NCBI GenBank assembly: GCA_977016875.1
Contig: CDRNST010000114.1
Span: 372,001 to 436,000, forward strand
From: Pavona decussata
Lineage: Eukaryota
Reading direction: 5' to 3'
Length of the DNA stretch: 64,000 bases
In this document: piece after piece, positions 22,460 through 37,302 of the stretch
Position numbering within the stretch: position 1 is the stretch's first letter
How the letters are laid out: the number at the start of each line of letters is the position of its first letter
Program-made: the position numbers and the translations under genes
The notes under the pieces: model-generated
Seen by the model: the letters and a program-made list of their open reading frames with translations, nothing else
What the model was told of the DNA's origin: nothing
Database searches by the model: none

Positions 22460-25400
22460 CTGTGAATTACAGTAATGTGATGTTAAATTTTGGAACGGAT
22501 AATTATCTGTTCGAGGAATTTATGCTTAACAAAGTAGCTAGAGCGTGTTTATTAAATAATGCTTCCACAAATGGGAAGCTACATTGCTGCAGAAGCCTGA
22601 AATGTCAATGGTTTCCAAATGCTCCTCTTTTTGTGCAAACTCGACAGGCGTTGGAAAATCGGAAAAGATAAAAAAGATGCAGATATTAAACACGAAAGAG
22701 CTCATTTTCGGAATTTAACGTTGAATTTGATTTTGAATATTTAAGGTTTGGATGAGCAAGCACAAACCTATCTTGAGTGTATCCGGTGCTTATCAAACTG
22801 ACTCCGCGGGGAACAACGTCAAAATGGCCTACATGAGCACACATCCTACTAAACTCCTAAAGCTCAGTTTCTACGATATTCTTGCGATCGATACAATCAC
22901 TATATCACGATATTGTTGCTGTTGTCGCTGAAATTGCTACGATTGCTACAATTTAACACTTCACAAGCGTCTAGTGTGCGCATTATGAACCGTGTGTGTC
23001 CCCTCAACCTGAAATCGTGTCCTGTTTTAGTGACGACTATCACAGAAAGTTGTGGTATAAATTCTGGTGCCGGGGCAAAGGGAATTATTCCACCCACAAT
23101 CTAAACAAATAAGAAGAAAAACCTATTAAGCCTCACATTTTTGTTTATCTTGATACACAAAGAAGGTTGACACATTATTTCTGTTCAAGAAAATCATTTG
23201 GCTGCACAACACCATGTAATTATGGTCAATTTGTTTTTTAAATAAGGCTCAGACCTTTCGAAAAAAACACCCGAAAAGGCTGAACAGCAGAGAGACAAAA
23301 CGTTTACATCTACGTTCCGTTTTGCATCACATTACTTCCTGAGTCACTACCACGCAACTTGATTTCCACGCGTTCAGGCCCAGAAAATAATATGAAAATA
23401 ATTTGGTTTATGATAAAATTGTGTAAAAAAAGAAACCAAAACAGACAGTAAGGTCCCTTGTGCTGGGATCTTGTGGTTTGAATCATTGCTATGTGTCCTA
23501 ATTTTAACAAATTAGGTCGTTATATTGTTAATGATTAAAAAAAATTAGTTGGATAGTATAATTAGCTTAAATCTTATTTTTGTTTTGTATTTTTTATTTT
23601 TTTTTATCAAAGCCCAATCACTTTGGACTCTCCATAGAGACTGAGTTTGTCCATGACTCACACTTATTACTACTGACGATTGTTAAACAAACCATTCTTT
23701 ACAGGTCTTGAATAAAAAACATAACGTGAACAGAATTTCCGATTTAGCTTTCCGTGATGTAAAAGCAATTTCCACTTGAAAAATCAATTATCATGCAAAC
23801 AAGACATTTAAATTCATCAAAATAATGGGATGACGTACGTTTCTTTTTACTCTAAGAATAGCCTGCTTTAAAATAATATTCCCCTTGACAAACCACTTTT
23901 CTCTTGAAGTAGCTTTTTGAAATAAGAGCATCTAAAGTTAATTTCTAGCAACATTAAGTTTGAACGTTTTAAGTTTATGTTTAACCCATTACTTCTCCTG
24001 CATTTGTTAGTTGATATTTTTGCGTCAGTAAATGAAATCCTAAGCTGTGAGGAGTAAAACAAAAGTTATTGAGCGGTAATTTTCTTTGGTATTGTTTAAA
24101 GTTATACACGGTGTTTTTACCTTTGTAGTCCGTGAACGAAATCAAAAATTGTAATCATTGAAGTAAAATGTTGACCAGTCCTTCTCTATAGCGTGGTTTG
24201 TTTTTCGAGGTTTTCAACAGTGAATATTTGACTATTGAAACACTGTTAGGAGTGAAATAAAGGGATCACTTTAACACGTGACGCCCTCAAATGAAGCACT
24301 GCTAAACACAACTTACAACTTACAACTTCAACATCACTTTGCTATTAGTCACAGTGATTTGGCGAACTCCCACGCAACATGACACAGTTAGAGGTTCTAC
24401 CGTTGTACAACCTCCCAACAATTATCTAATACAAAGCACAGTCGCCATGTGAAAAGTTTTTAGACTTGGCTAGCGTTGCAGTCTTAGCCTCAGGCGAAAT
24501 GAAACGAATTCGGTGTCTCCCAAATCTGAAAAAATATGTGGTAAAGACTTTACGCGAACGACTTCATTCCCAAGTTTGTGGTCTTCTTCGATGGATAGCT
24601 ATGAAAATTGATATGCAAAAGAATAAATTGGTGTTCAGCGTTTTTTTCTTTTTCTTTTAATTCGCACTGTGATTCTGTTCCAGAATCGCTTGAGTTTTTC
24701 CGAATTTCCTTGTCAGATAGAAAGTCGAAAATAGGGTGTGAATTTATAACTGCGTGGTTGACTGTGAGTGTAATTCTATGCTGTGAAAGCGAACGACTAT
24801 TTGCGACTGTTAAAAATATGATATACAAAACAACGCTAAAAAAACTATTTACCGGGTATCCAAGGGGATGTGAATCCTACTGAACTCTGGTTTAGCGATG
24901 CTCTTAGTCCATTACTGTTTCTTTCTTGCATCATGTTGTCGCTAGCTCAATAAACCTCCAACGGTCCGTAACAACCTCAAAAAATGTATTTATGTTCCAT
25001 TATCTCGAAGTTTTTGTTCGTGCCGCTGTAAATTTGAACTTGAACCAAATCACAGCTGAACAAATAATTATAGCTCCAATTACTGAGTCGCAGCTGTTAC
25101 CATTCTCATAGGCCTATGGTGATTTCCTATCCGTATACCTTGTAAACGTGCTAAGCAATCAAGAATTGGCGGCAAGGACGATACACCTAGGAAGATTCCT
25201 TTTGACAGGTCAATAATGATCGTATTATCCGGCAGGTAGATAAATACCCTACATACATGTAAAGTTTTCCTTTACATAAGTAAAGAGTTGATGGATTACC
25301 TTCTTTCTCATAAATCTAGAATGTTCAAGAATGTTCCCTAGTTCTCTATTTATTTCTTGTGAACAAATGTCAAAGAAGTGCGACTGAACCACCACATGAA

Positions 25401-25510
25401 ATGACACGGACTGGCAAATTTATGCGAGTCTCGAAATCTCGGTGTTTATAACTGGAGCCATGGAGACTGCTAATAATGTCATGCAATCCCAGGCGAGTTA
25501 AGACCAAACT

Positions 25511-25819
25511 TCAGGGATTCACAACGGTTCACTTCGGTGCCGCGATATCTGTCCAGAAGGCCTTGATCCTTGTAAAGAAAATCTAAAGTTTTCTACGGTA
25601 AAATATCAGCTCCAAATTTCGTAACAATAAAATTATTTCCCTTTGTTTTCGAAGGGGCAAAAATGTCGTCAAAAATGTGAAAAACGGTCAGCTAGAATGA
25701 ACAGCTCAGCAACTTAAATTTTAAGCTAAAGCAGCATCCAAACAATCAACTGTATTAACTTACAAAATATGCCTTTAAAAGGACACAAAACCATCTGAGA
25801 ACAAAGTCCAGGCGCCTGC
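25511..25819 (+). repeat. Interspersed repeat, CAGGGGCAC-ended family
   Basis: Similar to 9978-10275 internally and to the ends of 54172-54558. Confidence 0.6.
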
Positions 25820-27469
25820 GTTTTAAGTAATTCGCTTAAACGTTCTCGTTGGATGTCGCTGATACTTTTACGTCGCGTTTGAGTCGCGTCGAATGTAATT
25901 TGAGCCCTAAAAACATTGACAGACGGAAATCAAAGGAAATCATTTTAAATAACTACATAAACAACTCGTAACACACTTAACTTTGAAAGGCGCATAGCCT
26001 AAGGTAGAAGAAACTGCAGATTTGACTGTTATCACCAAGTTAAACTTGAATCGTATCGAGTGACCGAAATGCAACATTTATTTACGAGCCACACAATCGA
26101 ACCTCAGTGCATACTGTTCGACTTTCAAGTAGTCATCCCTCAAAGTAAAGTGTTTTTGCTTTAATTATTGAGCGGATTAGTGGCCAATTTTCCTAGTCTT
26201 GGGGGATATAATTTTTTTTAAATAAATAAATGATGGTTTATTAAATATCATGATCACATAGTCGCACCTAAAAGTGAATTACAATGTGTTTACAGAGAAT
26301 TCGAAAATTTACAATGTCTTTTGACTCTTTTATCAAGGCTAATTACATTGGACCTATCACTGAAATCGAAGCATAACTTGGGTCTACGTCTAAAACACCG
26401 CACCCGAAAAACATTTGGAGCCAGCGAACCAGAGAAGGTTTGCTTTTATCGGTAGAACCTTTTGTACTTCCTCGGCTAGAAAATTTCCGCCATTCAGCTT
26501 TGATTTCCGATTTGACCTAAAAAGCAAAGTCTCGGCCTCTTCCCAAAAACACCAAGATAAAAGCAGTCACCAAAATATCTCTATCATTACAGTGCTCCGT
26601 CTTTGTATTGACTTAACTTCAGAAGAACTGCTTTGAAAATTAATTCAACTTGTCAAATCATCGCTTCATGTTCCATGCGTTTCCATTTTTTTCTTTTTTA
26701 GGCGCGGGGTGAAATGAAGGTTAACAAAACGGTAATTGCGGCTTCCAAAGTAATTTTTTATGTAAATTATTTCAAAATTGTTCAACACTACATACAGCAA
26801 AAAGAGAAGTGAGCATTGCACCATTTTATTATCAATGATACATCTATATTAAAAAAAAAACCCCAATGTCTATAAACATACTAGGAAAAAAGGCCGCATT
26901 TAACATAACAGATGGAAATATCAATATTATTGCATAACAGGTGGATATCTATAATACTGCATTACGAACGTTAAACTGACCTTAAAATATTCTCCGTTAA
27001 CACCTGTTAATTGAATAGTGTTCGAGTCCCTATATTCGTAATACGTTGTTTTACTTTTTAAGTCCATGGTTACACATCACAAAAGTTTTTTCCCATTTCC
27101 AACGCTGAACCACCCACAGAAACATAAATTAGTCACGTTTTTGGCTCATTAGTAATGGATAGGTAGCCGTCAAAAACCGCAGCTGGCCAAAGCTCCATAA
27201 AATGTTCATTATAATAAAATTTTATCAGCTGCCAATCTACCCACGTTCGCTCACTTTTTAAAATTAATTTCTGAGGTTTAAGCCTCGAATTTTCCTTGGG
27301 TACAATAAACTGTGGTCTAAATATTGAGGCTGTACATGAAATCGTGAACGGTTGCCACTCAAATGTAGAGTCAGAACTTATCTGTCGTAATGATTATTAA
27401 TTTATGCTGTATGGAATGATTTTTATCTTTTGAAACGGTAAGGCGAGCATGCACTAAAAAAAAAAAAAA

Positions 27470-27600
27470 CACCTGAGCAGTATTTTCCCGCGGCGTTGTA
27501 TACTATGCTGTAAAAAGATGGTTCTAACTTTCTCAGTATGTAGGTGAAAATCTTATGTGCGCCTATTCAAATCATATCCACCGACCCATGACTTAAAGTA
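27470..27600. repeat. Degenerate monomer of a dispersed satellite-like repeat (related pieces at ~11420-11500, 12030-12115, 24040-24190, 33360-33500)
   Basis: Recurring motif CACAGACTCAAAAGTTAGAAC..CTTGTACAGCATAAT and its reverse complement. Confidence 0.5.
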
Positions 27601-29159
27601 AAGGCTGTTTGTTTTTCACGATGTTAATTACTCTATGTTTTGTATTTTTCCTTTTTTTTATGAGTTGCCAGAATTTTGCCACTCTTGGATTTTAAAGAAT
27701 TAAAGGTGGTTATTTTCTTTGCAACATTAGGAGGCATTAATCTTAGAGTCCGCCGATGAAACCCTTGAGGGAAAACTACTGAGAGAGCAACAGCGTAACT
27801 GATTTATTGTTATTTAATTTGTCTTTGTTGTGCTTTTGTTTTCTTTTTGTTTTGTCCTGTTTTATTTTGGGTGTTTCAGTTATAGGGTAACTTGCTAGGT
27901 TTTTATTTTATTTTTTTTTTATTTCACTTCACACGTTTCAAAACCAAAGTTAAATACGAACGAAAAAAAAAGATTACAGAGAAAGTGGTGAGGAAGTCTT
28001 AGGAGAAACCATAGGGCTTATAGAATATCTTTTGAAGAATATTGAACGCGTCTTAAACAGAACAAACCAAGACCCCCGTGCAATATCAAAATAAACGTCG
28101 CTCCCCACCAAGCGAGTCACAGCTAATCTACACACCGTCTAACCCCAGTTTCCGTAACAGGAAGCAACAAGGAGTAATCGAGCACAGACGAGCGCAGATT
28201 GGCAGAAATTGTTAACTCGTTCAATCTCAAAAAACCAGTTTTCATATGATCGTAAAAGAAAGTGACCTCTACTTCTTCGACAGCGGAATTCGCCAAATGT
28301 GAACTCTTATGGCATTAGTTGCGATCGTACGTTTTCCTATCATGATACGATCGTAACCGATCGCTTAAAATGCAAACAATTTCTGGTGAACGATCATAAG
28401 AAATACAGCATGTCTCTTTCCTGTGCGACTGCGACAGCGGCAGCTGATTTTGGGACCGTCCACAATCGTTCACGATCATAGTCAGGCTTAATGCTAAACT
28501 CTCCCCCCTCCCCGCTCCCCCGCTTGCAGACGAGTGGCTAGTCCACACCATTCGGCAGGATTCCCGAAACAACTTGTTTCGATGAAGACATATGTCTCAC
28601 ATCCAGCCCAGTGATCATCCGACAAACGACCGACACATTCACACCACCGCGCTAACGTCCAAATCAGAATATCACGCAATAAAAATGTAGGTCAATATAC
28701 TATGGGGTGCGAGGATTCCGTGGTCGTGGGGGTAAGAAGTCGGAATCAATTTCCAAAGTATGTTTACTGTCATTGATATTTGGGGACTGTTAAAATAAAG
28801 AAAAAAATGTTTGAATGCTAAAATTTGACGGTTTTCAGCATTAAACAGTATTTTCTCTCCGACATTTAAAGCAATTCAACACCGCGTCAATGAGGTTAGT
28901 AGTGCGAGGTTCCACGAATCTTAGCCTATTTATAAACAAAAAAGCGAGGAGTTGAAAATTAAAATTTGATTAACAAATCCATTGTCACTAATAAACAAAC
29001 GGTTATCAAGGCGCCAATATGCTTTCGCGTATAAGACAATAAATTGAGCAGCGAGTAACTTCGTTTCTCATTTTTTCAACGTGTTAACATAAGCACTATC
29101 ACAAAGCAGCAATATAATTTACAGGCCATTAACAAGAGCGGTTATCGACATCTTAGTAA

Positions 29160-29430
29160 TGGTTAACAATTATTTACCGAGGTGGAGGTGAATAGTGGTG
29201 TTCGCGGCTCGGTAAATATCCACCACTTTCACCGACACTGAGGTGAATAATTGTTTTAGTATATAACACACAAACTGAATAACTAGAGGACCAAAAATTA
29301 CTTAACCGAAGCGAAAGCGAAACGGGAAGCCATTTTGTTTCTCTTTGGGCTGCTCGGCTGGCTCGGAGGTGAATAGTACTTTGCTAAAAACAGAGCTCGA
29401 GTAAAGCACTATTCACTTGTGTGGCACACT
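29160..29430. repeat. Interspersed non-autonomous repeat
   Basis: Repeated GAGGTGAATA motifs and inverted AACAATTATT / AATAATTGTT; boundaries approximate. Confidence 0.5.
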
Positions 29431-29890
29431 TTTTTTCTTTTCTTTTTTTTTATAAGAACGTCTAATTTTGGGCCTCAACGTTGTTATAAAAAAATGTTCT
29501 TATAAAAAAAATGTATGTACTAAATATAGTTAAAAGTAGGAACACATCATGAGAGAAAGTGCCTTTTGTTTCTCTTTGTTGATGATCAATTCAACCATTG
29601 TGTGGAACACTCCATCTCACAATGAATCTGTTTTGGTGCGTTTGAACACCACTAAATATAATTGAAACTTTGCCGATATTTAATGAAATCTCGTAGTCAG
29701 ACCTATGTCATGGCTATGTCAGTAGTCATTCAGAGAATCGAGCGGACCTAACTAATCTTCGATTACTTCTAGTTTTAATTAACATTTAATGGTTTTTAAA
29801 TCTCTTTCTTTGTAATACAAGGTCACCCATATTCCCCTCTTAGATTTTAAATGACTGCATGAGGGTCGTACAAAATTCGACTCATCGTAC

Positions 29891-30014
29891 CTTCCGAGAA
29901 AGATTGTTGTCTCCAGATTGTTGGGCCTTGTCCACTGGTGTTTGTCTGTAAAACAGGCGGAGGTTGGCAATGATGGTTTTGGCATTGATTCCACATGAGC
30001 ATTGGGGCATTCAT
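29891..30014 (-). CDS. Gene B, upstream coding exon (exon spans 29891-30028; MNAPMLMWNQCQNHHCQPPP...SFSE)
   Basis: Acceptor ATATTTTTACAG| before 30028, donor AAG|GTACGA after 29891; 138 nt, phase 1-1, open, and phase-compatible with the 22459 acceptor; ATG in CAACATG context at 30014. Confidence 0.7.
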
Positions 30015-31032
30015 GTTGAAGAAATCACCTGTAAAAATATAACCAATCAATCACCGAAGTGGAAGTAAATATCTGACACTATTCACGGACAAACAAGTGG
30101 TTATTTCTTACAACTAGGCGGAAAAAAACGAAACTATCAAATGTTATCGCGGGAGTTTTAGTAGGAAATCAGAACCGCGCGCAAGACACGATCAATTAAT
30201 TGGGTTCATGCTAAATAAATAAAGAGATTTTTATTTTTAAATAAAATAAATAAAGAAATACTCTCTTTATTAACATTTGATAAATTACATATCAAATTTA
30301 CAAGTTTATGATAGAGGAAATGAACAATAAAACACAAGTAGTGTGGCAAAAATAAAGTTTACTTAATCACTAAATTATACCTAAAGACTAATCTATTAAA
30401 AAAAGCTTTTCTTTAAATCTATCAGTATTAACTTGAGGCCACTAAAACCGTTTAGAAACCTTCGTGCCTAAAATACACAGGATAGTGTGCGCTCTCTGGT
30501 TGTTTGAAATCCGTTTACCATAACTAGAAATTATTTTGATAGCTTATATTTCAAAAGAAATTAAAAACTTTTCGTTTTTGTTTTCATAAATTGTGGTACT
30601 ACTCTTGAAAGGTTGGGAGAGGTACAAACCTCGCATGATAACATTTTCATGATAATTTGTGCTTTCTACTGAAGTATAATTATTACTTATTGTTACACAG
30701 CTGTGATTTACCCATGTGTAATTCTGACGGTTATTGGCTAGCTATTGATTACGCGACCTTAACCAAATTCAAATGTATCCCTCGCGGGCTACAATTCTAA
30801 GTGAATTTTCATGCAGGAGATTTTTCGGGAGCGAATGTTATGATCAATTTTTTGATGAAGACCTTTTGATGGAAGGCTAGTTTCTTTTTACAGCATTCTA
30901 CATCACAATGTATTTGACAGACATTTGGTATAGAGCTTTAAAATAACAAAGATGTGGTTCCCTTTTCTTGTGCTTGTACTTGCGTCGTTGCGTCGCACGT
31001 TCAAACCGGGATAAGCACAATTATAAGAAACC

Positions 31033-31150
31033 GGAGTGGTCCAGCGGTTTAGGGCGCTGGACTTGAAATTTGGAGGTCCCGGATTCAAGCCCCGTCCTTG
31101 GACACGCTTGTTTATGGCCCGCTGGTTTGCCTCCTGCCAGTTGGGATTGT
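31033..31150 (+). mobile_element. tRNA-derived SINE (tRNA-Ser-like head), internally deleted
   Basis: A-box-like TGGTCCAGCGG, anticodon-arm-like CTGGAC-TTGAAA-TTTGG, B-box-like GGATTCAAGCCC, then a non-tRNA body ending GCCAGTTGGGATT; no acceptor stem. Confidence 0.7.
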
Positions 31151-31607
31151 GAACCTGTTATGTTTCAAGCGATCCGAATTAGCACAACTTTACGTTCGAC
31201 GCAAGCACGTGATCTGAATCAACTGCCGTACCAAGTAAATAGCGTTAACGTCGTGCTAAATGACTCAGCGAGCCGAATCTATTGCATACATTATGAAAAT
31301 GTATTCATTAGCACAATAACAGAGTAATTTTGGTCTTGCACGATGATATTAAGTATGACTTTTGAATCAACTGTCGAGCTTACTTCAGTTGAGTTCGATA
31401 CGGCGATAGTACGAAGTTCGAACCGGGCCTAAGCATTCTTTAGCTCTTATAAGTCGCTAGTAAGAACGTTAATCACTGATTGGTATGGTTCTCAATTTCA
31501 AATCAAACCAACGCGTGCGGAAGTTCATCATTTTCGAATAGTCGAAATGTGTCCGTCTTCCTTGATACATCATTAGACTACAATTATCTGCGGCTTTGGC
31601 GTCTTAC

Positions 31608-31656
31608 TATGCCAAGGCGAGGGAAATGCAATTTGAAGAAAAATTTTGTGCATCAT
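31608..31656 (-). CDS. Possible further upstream coding exon of gene B (MMHKIFLQIAFPSPWH-)
   Basis: ATG at 31656 and donor CATA|GTAAGA in phase 1, compatible with the 30028 acceptor; no other support. Confidence 0.25.
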
Positions 31657-34600
31657 GTTGAAAATAAAGAAAAAACCAGAAATATCTTGAACCCAGTCCT
31701 CTCAGCATCGGCTGTCCGTTTGGGGGCGCACCGCAAACTCATCAAGTTTCTTTGAGCAAAGCCTCCAGTTCTACTTCAGATTTAACTGCATGAAATTAAT
31801 ATAACATAAGAGTACGTATACAATTCAAGGACACCGGTGTATAAGGACTGTATAATGACCAGCATACGTTTGATTCCTTATCACTCATGTATACGGAATC
31901 CTGGTACAACTGTATAAGATCCGTATATTTTCTTGGCACACCCTGACGCTTACTGATCATTATACGGACCTTATACATCATGTCACATCCTTATATTTTC
32001 CTGTGCACTGACTGTGTGCGAGCTGAGTAAGGGACCGTATACCGATAATTTCATACAGTGTTTATGTTAAGTACTATAGATGTGGGCACTTTCATATCTC
32101 AGCCGATTGTGACAATCATACCTTTGGGGGCAACACAAAACTACGAACGGGTTACTGAGGAATGAGCTCACACGACAAGGCCATCACGTTAATTTTGTTT
32201 TAGTCCCATAGACTTCAAGAGCGTGCCAAAGTCTCCTATTTCTTTCCTGTCCGGGAAAAGAAACGCAGAAAAAGGAACTGCATGGACTGTGCAAATTGGA
32301 TACGGAAGTGAGTTTTAACACGATCGATACTTGAAATTTGCGCGCTAACTTACAAATACACAAGCTAGCAGCCACAATATTCGTATCGCTTACCTTTCAG
32401 TTTTTGGTTCACTTTCACCGTGTATTACTTACGTTTTTTAAAAGTTAGATGTTCTGATGTGTACTATCGTTGTATATTTTTCCTCGTTGTTTGCATTTTT
32501 ACTCGCCCTGCGGCTCGTCATAATACAGCTCAACTTGTACAAATATATAGCGGTCTACACGCCAACAAAATCTAATAACAGATTTATCAGATTTATTATC
32601 CAGATTAAGCTTTTCTGTTAAGTGGCAAAGAAAAGCACGACTAAAAACTAAAGGTGAGCGCGTGCTTTAGAAAACAAGTTTCTTGTTGTTCAAATAACCA
32701 CCCAAACCGGTTTTCTACTGCACAAATAACTGACTAACTGTAAGAATATCGCAGCGGCGTATTCGTACTCGTTTAGTGCGCGTTATTCGAACAGCACTAA
32801 GTGAATTTGGGTGTTAAAATGACGGACTCGGAAATGTATACGCAAAACCCAAAGTTAAGCACGGTTCGACTTTTCATTTGACACAAGTATTTCACACGGC
32901 TTCTGATTTTATTTACTCACGTGAAATTACACGACCGTAGAACAGCGCAGTTACCCGGTAAAAATAAATCATTAGCGAATATTAAAAGTGTAGTGCCCCT
33001 TGATACTGGGCGTAGCGGCCAGCTAAAAACCTGAACATGCTTATTTGGCTAGAGTAATACATGGTTATAGTATTATATTGTAAATGTTTTCTCTTTATAG
33101 CGTAAACAATTAACGCGAAAAAAGCGCTTCAAACGGTACCAGTTTAATGGCAAATTTATTTAGATTTGATTTGAAGCCGGAAACTTCTATGAGTGATATT
33201 GGCTGTACTGGTATGTTGAACTTTGGCACTGTTTTACTATCTGTTACAAGAGATACTCTAACCACTAAGTGTTTATAACGGAGTCGCATTTCCTTTTTGC
33301 ACGTTATCGAGAATCAAGCAGTTCTATGACAATACTGTACGTCCGTCCATAATCTTTCAAATCACAGATCATACTTTTTTCCACGGACTCAAAAGTTGGG
33401 AAAACCTTGTACAGCATAATAAAGAGAACTAAAAGAAAGTAAGTTTTAATTTGACTAATTTAAAACACATCAACTGAAGATTTCATCCACGGACTCTAAA
33501 TATTAAAACTAACCTCAGTGCTTTATTTAACTTTTCGTTAACTCGCTTCAAGCTTTTCATTTGGGAGATCAACTGACTGTCGCAGTTCTTTGACTTGATC
33601 TCGAAGATATTTACCAACGGAAGTTTTAAGTTAAACTTCCTGAAAAGCGCCAACCGGACTGCTACGCTTAATAGCATCATTTATCGGATTGTCTGAAGTC
33701 GTACGATCAAATTAAACACTAGCAACCAAGCTTTGAACAGAAAAGAAACTCGGAGAATGAAAGGAGAGGAGGGTTGACCACCTTAAAGTTCTTCAGTCTT
33801 CTTCAGTTCGCCCTTAATATTCCTACTAAGACAACCGTGCACAAGCTAAACTAAATTAATCGCCGGCTCTAGGCGGAAAATGTCACGATTATAATGGCCA
33901 GGATGCACAGGCGAAAATTCTTTAAGCCCTGACTCAGTTGCTAAACCTTTATGCTGCCTTGTATAGACTCAATATGATTTCCATAGCAATGTTATAATTG
34001 CTGCACACGTTTAGCATATATCTCGCTTACCATATGACGATTCCTTGTACACTTGTCCTGTTCAGAACTTGTGCAAGCATTCTTTACAATACATTCTTTA
34101 TAAATCGCCAGTGTTTGGCGGGTGAAAGGCATACAGATTTAACCTTACTGGCTTTCTTCTGATATACAATTAGCGTTCCTTTGGACGCTAATTTTATACG
34201 TCATAAAAAGTCAGAAAGAGATCGAGGAACAAAGCTGTTTGTCACTGAACGCCCTACGGCACTGACAGTTTATATTGCGGAACTAATCGTCAAACTTTGC
34301 AATATAATTAATTAGAAGAGAGTAGATACAGACGTGTCACTACTAAAGCAAACGGAGCATTGCCAAGCGTTGACTACGCTTTATACATAGAGTCCGCCCC
34401 TTGCATCATAAAATGTGATTTCTGTACTTTTGATCCCTAATCAAATGAATGGCGCGGTTCGTTATGCTGTCTGACGTAGTGATAGCTGTTTTTTTTTTTT
34501 TTTTTTTATGCTGCACTGAAGCAGGTTCTAAATCGTTTCGTTGGTGTAGGAGCTCTTTGGTTCAAATTAAAAGTGTTCAATAGAGGAATGAAAACAAGAC

Positions 34601-37302
34601 GAATTTAAAGCGCAACCACACTTTGGATTAATCTTGCTAGATTTCCAATCCCCCCTCCTTTCTCGTTGTAGTTGTTTCGCTTGCAATTGGACGATGGAGG
34701 TGGTCGGTTGGTAAATTCTCAAGGCGTGTTCCAGATTTTTTAAGTTCTTAGGGAAAGAAAACCAGCAAGGTGCCCGGCCAAAACAAACAAACAAACAAAA
34801 GCAATGCACGACTACAAAGAATAAAACGAGTGTGCCTTATTATTTCTCATTATATATTTCACACTGCAGGAACGAAAATTGTTGGTGACACTATCACTCG
34901 CCTCAATTCTAGTTTTCGCGCCCGGGGGCAGTTTACACTTGACTTGCTTCGTTCGCTCACTTTACATCGTTTCGGCGATCGATCCACGCTATAAAAGTGA
35001 ACTGAGGGACTAATCTGACCCATATTAGACAAGCTGAGGATCTTAAATTTTCATGCATTTAAGTCATAGTTGATGTGGGTTTTTTTTTTTTTTTTTTTGG
35101 AACACCAACGCAAGTCACATGTTAACTTCTAACTACTATGAGGGCCGACTTTTTGACGCCCGTGCGTTTTTTATATTTTCTACTACTTGCGCTATTAAAA
35201 CATATAACTTCGTGCACTGTTTCATGCACGTCCGAGTAACAAGGCGGGAAGACAAATTGAAGTTAATCGAATCCCTGATGATATATAATACAGTCTTGGA
35301 TCTGTTAAAAAGTAATAAACAAACGTCTTATCCTAATGCAATCTGCGATTGATAAGAATCTTTGCTCATTTGCCGCCAGGCTTCAGTTTGTGTTAATTCA
35401 GAGAAAGCTTTCATAGTAATTGCTTGTTCTAATAGACATTTACCGGCAGTTTTATGAACTCACTTACCAGGTACGCATTGCTCCTTTAAAACTTTCCTTC
35501 AAACAACATGCGTTTCCTTTCCGCATATAACAAGTTATTAGGTGTCTTAAAGTATTCAGCATAGCTGAATATTGCTAAATATAAGTTTTGTTCCAAAATT
35601 ATCATTACAATGCAACGTCTATACAAAAACAAATTATTAATAACAATTTAAGTCAACCACCTACTGTTTACGCCACTTGTTAATCAATCACAATGCCCCG
35701 GTGATTTCTCTTCTCCTTAAACCGAACATTCTTTGTGAAAAGCAGTTGTTGCTCTGAGGTTTAACAAGTTTACACTCTTCATCGTTCTTAAACAAACGTG
35801 GCATCAGTATTCGTTTTACTTGAATATTACCATTACAATATCAGTAACCGGGAGCCAACAAGCAGCCAACCAATTAGAATACCTGGGAATTACCGAAACG
35901 TTCAATAATCAAAATGCCCTTAATAATCTCTTTCATGAGATTAGGAATAACACATTTGTTAGCCGTGTAAACAGTTCTTCATGCCGACTGTATAGTAAAA
36001 ACAGTTGAAAAAATATATATCAAAGGGGAACGCTGTCTGAGGTGACATATGTTAAACCGTGCTGGTGATCATGACAACCACGATTATCTAACAAATTTAG
36101 CGCTTCATGTTCTAAAAAGTAATCAATCTTGAAGCTTCGGAAACAATAAAGAAAAGAAATTAATTCGTTTAAATTAGTTGTCTCCAATCTTCAGTGAAAG
36201 TTCGCGAATAATTTGTTGCTAAAATTAGTAACCTTGTGGCAAGAGCTATTAACCGTGTATGAGTGGCATTCGCATATATTACATCGCACAATGCCGGAAC
36301 AGCTAAGCTTTCTAAAGCTTACAGATGAGAGTAAGAGGAATGTGTTATGGTATTTTAAACAGAAGAAAGAAATAACGAAAACAAAACAGGTTACGAAGCG
36401 CGAAATAAGAGAATTGACAACCAAAGTTTGCTCTAAGAACACAGTATTCGAAGTTTCTGACATTTTCCAGACAAAGGTATACATTAAGGTCACCTTTAGT
36501 GCAAACCGCTTATTAAAATACTTAATAAAGAAATAAATAAATAAATCGAATTTAGCTGTTTTCGGAGGAAAACCAGCAAAAATGTTCCAAAGACCTTTGA
36601 TACATACCTAAATAAAAGGAAACGGACTTGAACTCATCGTTGTGCCCCTTTGTGCAAAGTCTTGTTTTTACTACTGACACTGAATGCCGCGCCAAATCGG
36701 TGAGTTCACTCGTAATTTTCAGATTTTGTATCAAAGCTTAATGTTGTTGAGCTTTCTAGCCTTGTACCTGTTAATTTGTGGGTCAAATTGAGTAATAAAT
36801 TAATTAGTTCGCCCGCTTTGATCGTTGTAAATCCCGGCCGATTGTGATGAGTTAACTGGACAGTGGAGTTCAGTAAAAAGTTTTTCTGAAGCTCACTGAA
36901 GCAACTTCACGTTTTAGTTTGAGTAATACAGCCTTGCTTGTTGTAAACACCAACACCTTGTCATAGTCGACTCGCCCGGCATTAAAAATTTCCTGGTCTA
37001 TTTTTCGACTTAGACTTGTATTGTGTTCAAAGTACACTGTTTCATGCAAGCATTCCAGATTTGAGGCTAGCTAGTTATTAATAACTTTGTACAATGTTCA
37101 TTATTTACGCCACCGCGCGATGGCAAGTTTGCTGGCTTGTGATTAGGTTACTTACGAATTGTTTGCGTCCTAAGTTAATTTAGGATGTTAGTTTTCCATG
37201 GTTACAAGCTCATCAAACTCCACTGAAAATAACTTTTACACTTATAACGATTTTCTGTCTGTGTAGAACAGTTTCATCTCTCTTTTGTTAGTATTTTTAT
37301 CC

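Noticed and set aside
18382-22671. Plus-strand ORFs overlapping gene B (likewise those overlapping A and C)
   Set aside because: Antisense or alternative-frame shadows of long coding exons; the repeated pair 19880/20504 merely mirrors the internal duplication.
28542-28700. Possible plus-strand exon after CCCGCTTGCAG
   Set aside because: All three frames stop within ~75 nt and no partner exons were found.
31033-31105. tRNA-Ser gene
   Set aside because: No acceptor stem or long variable arm, and it continues into a repeat body; SINE head.
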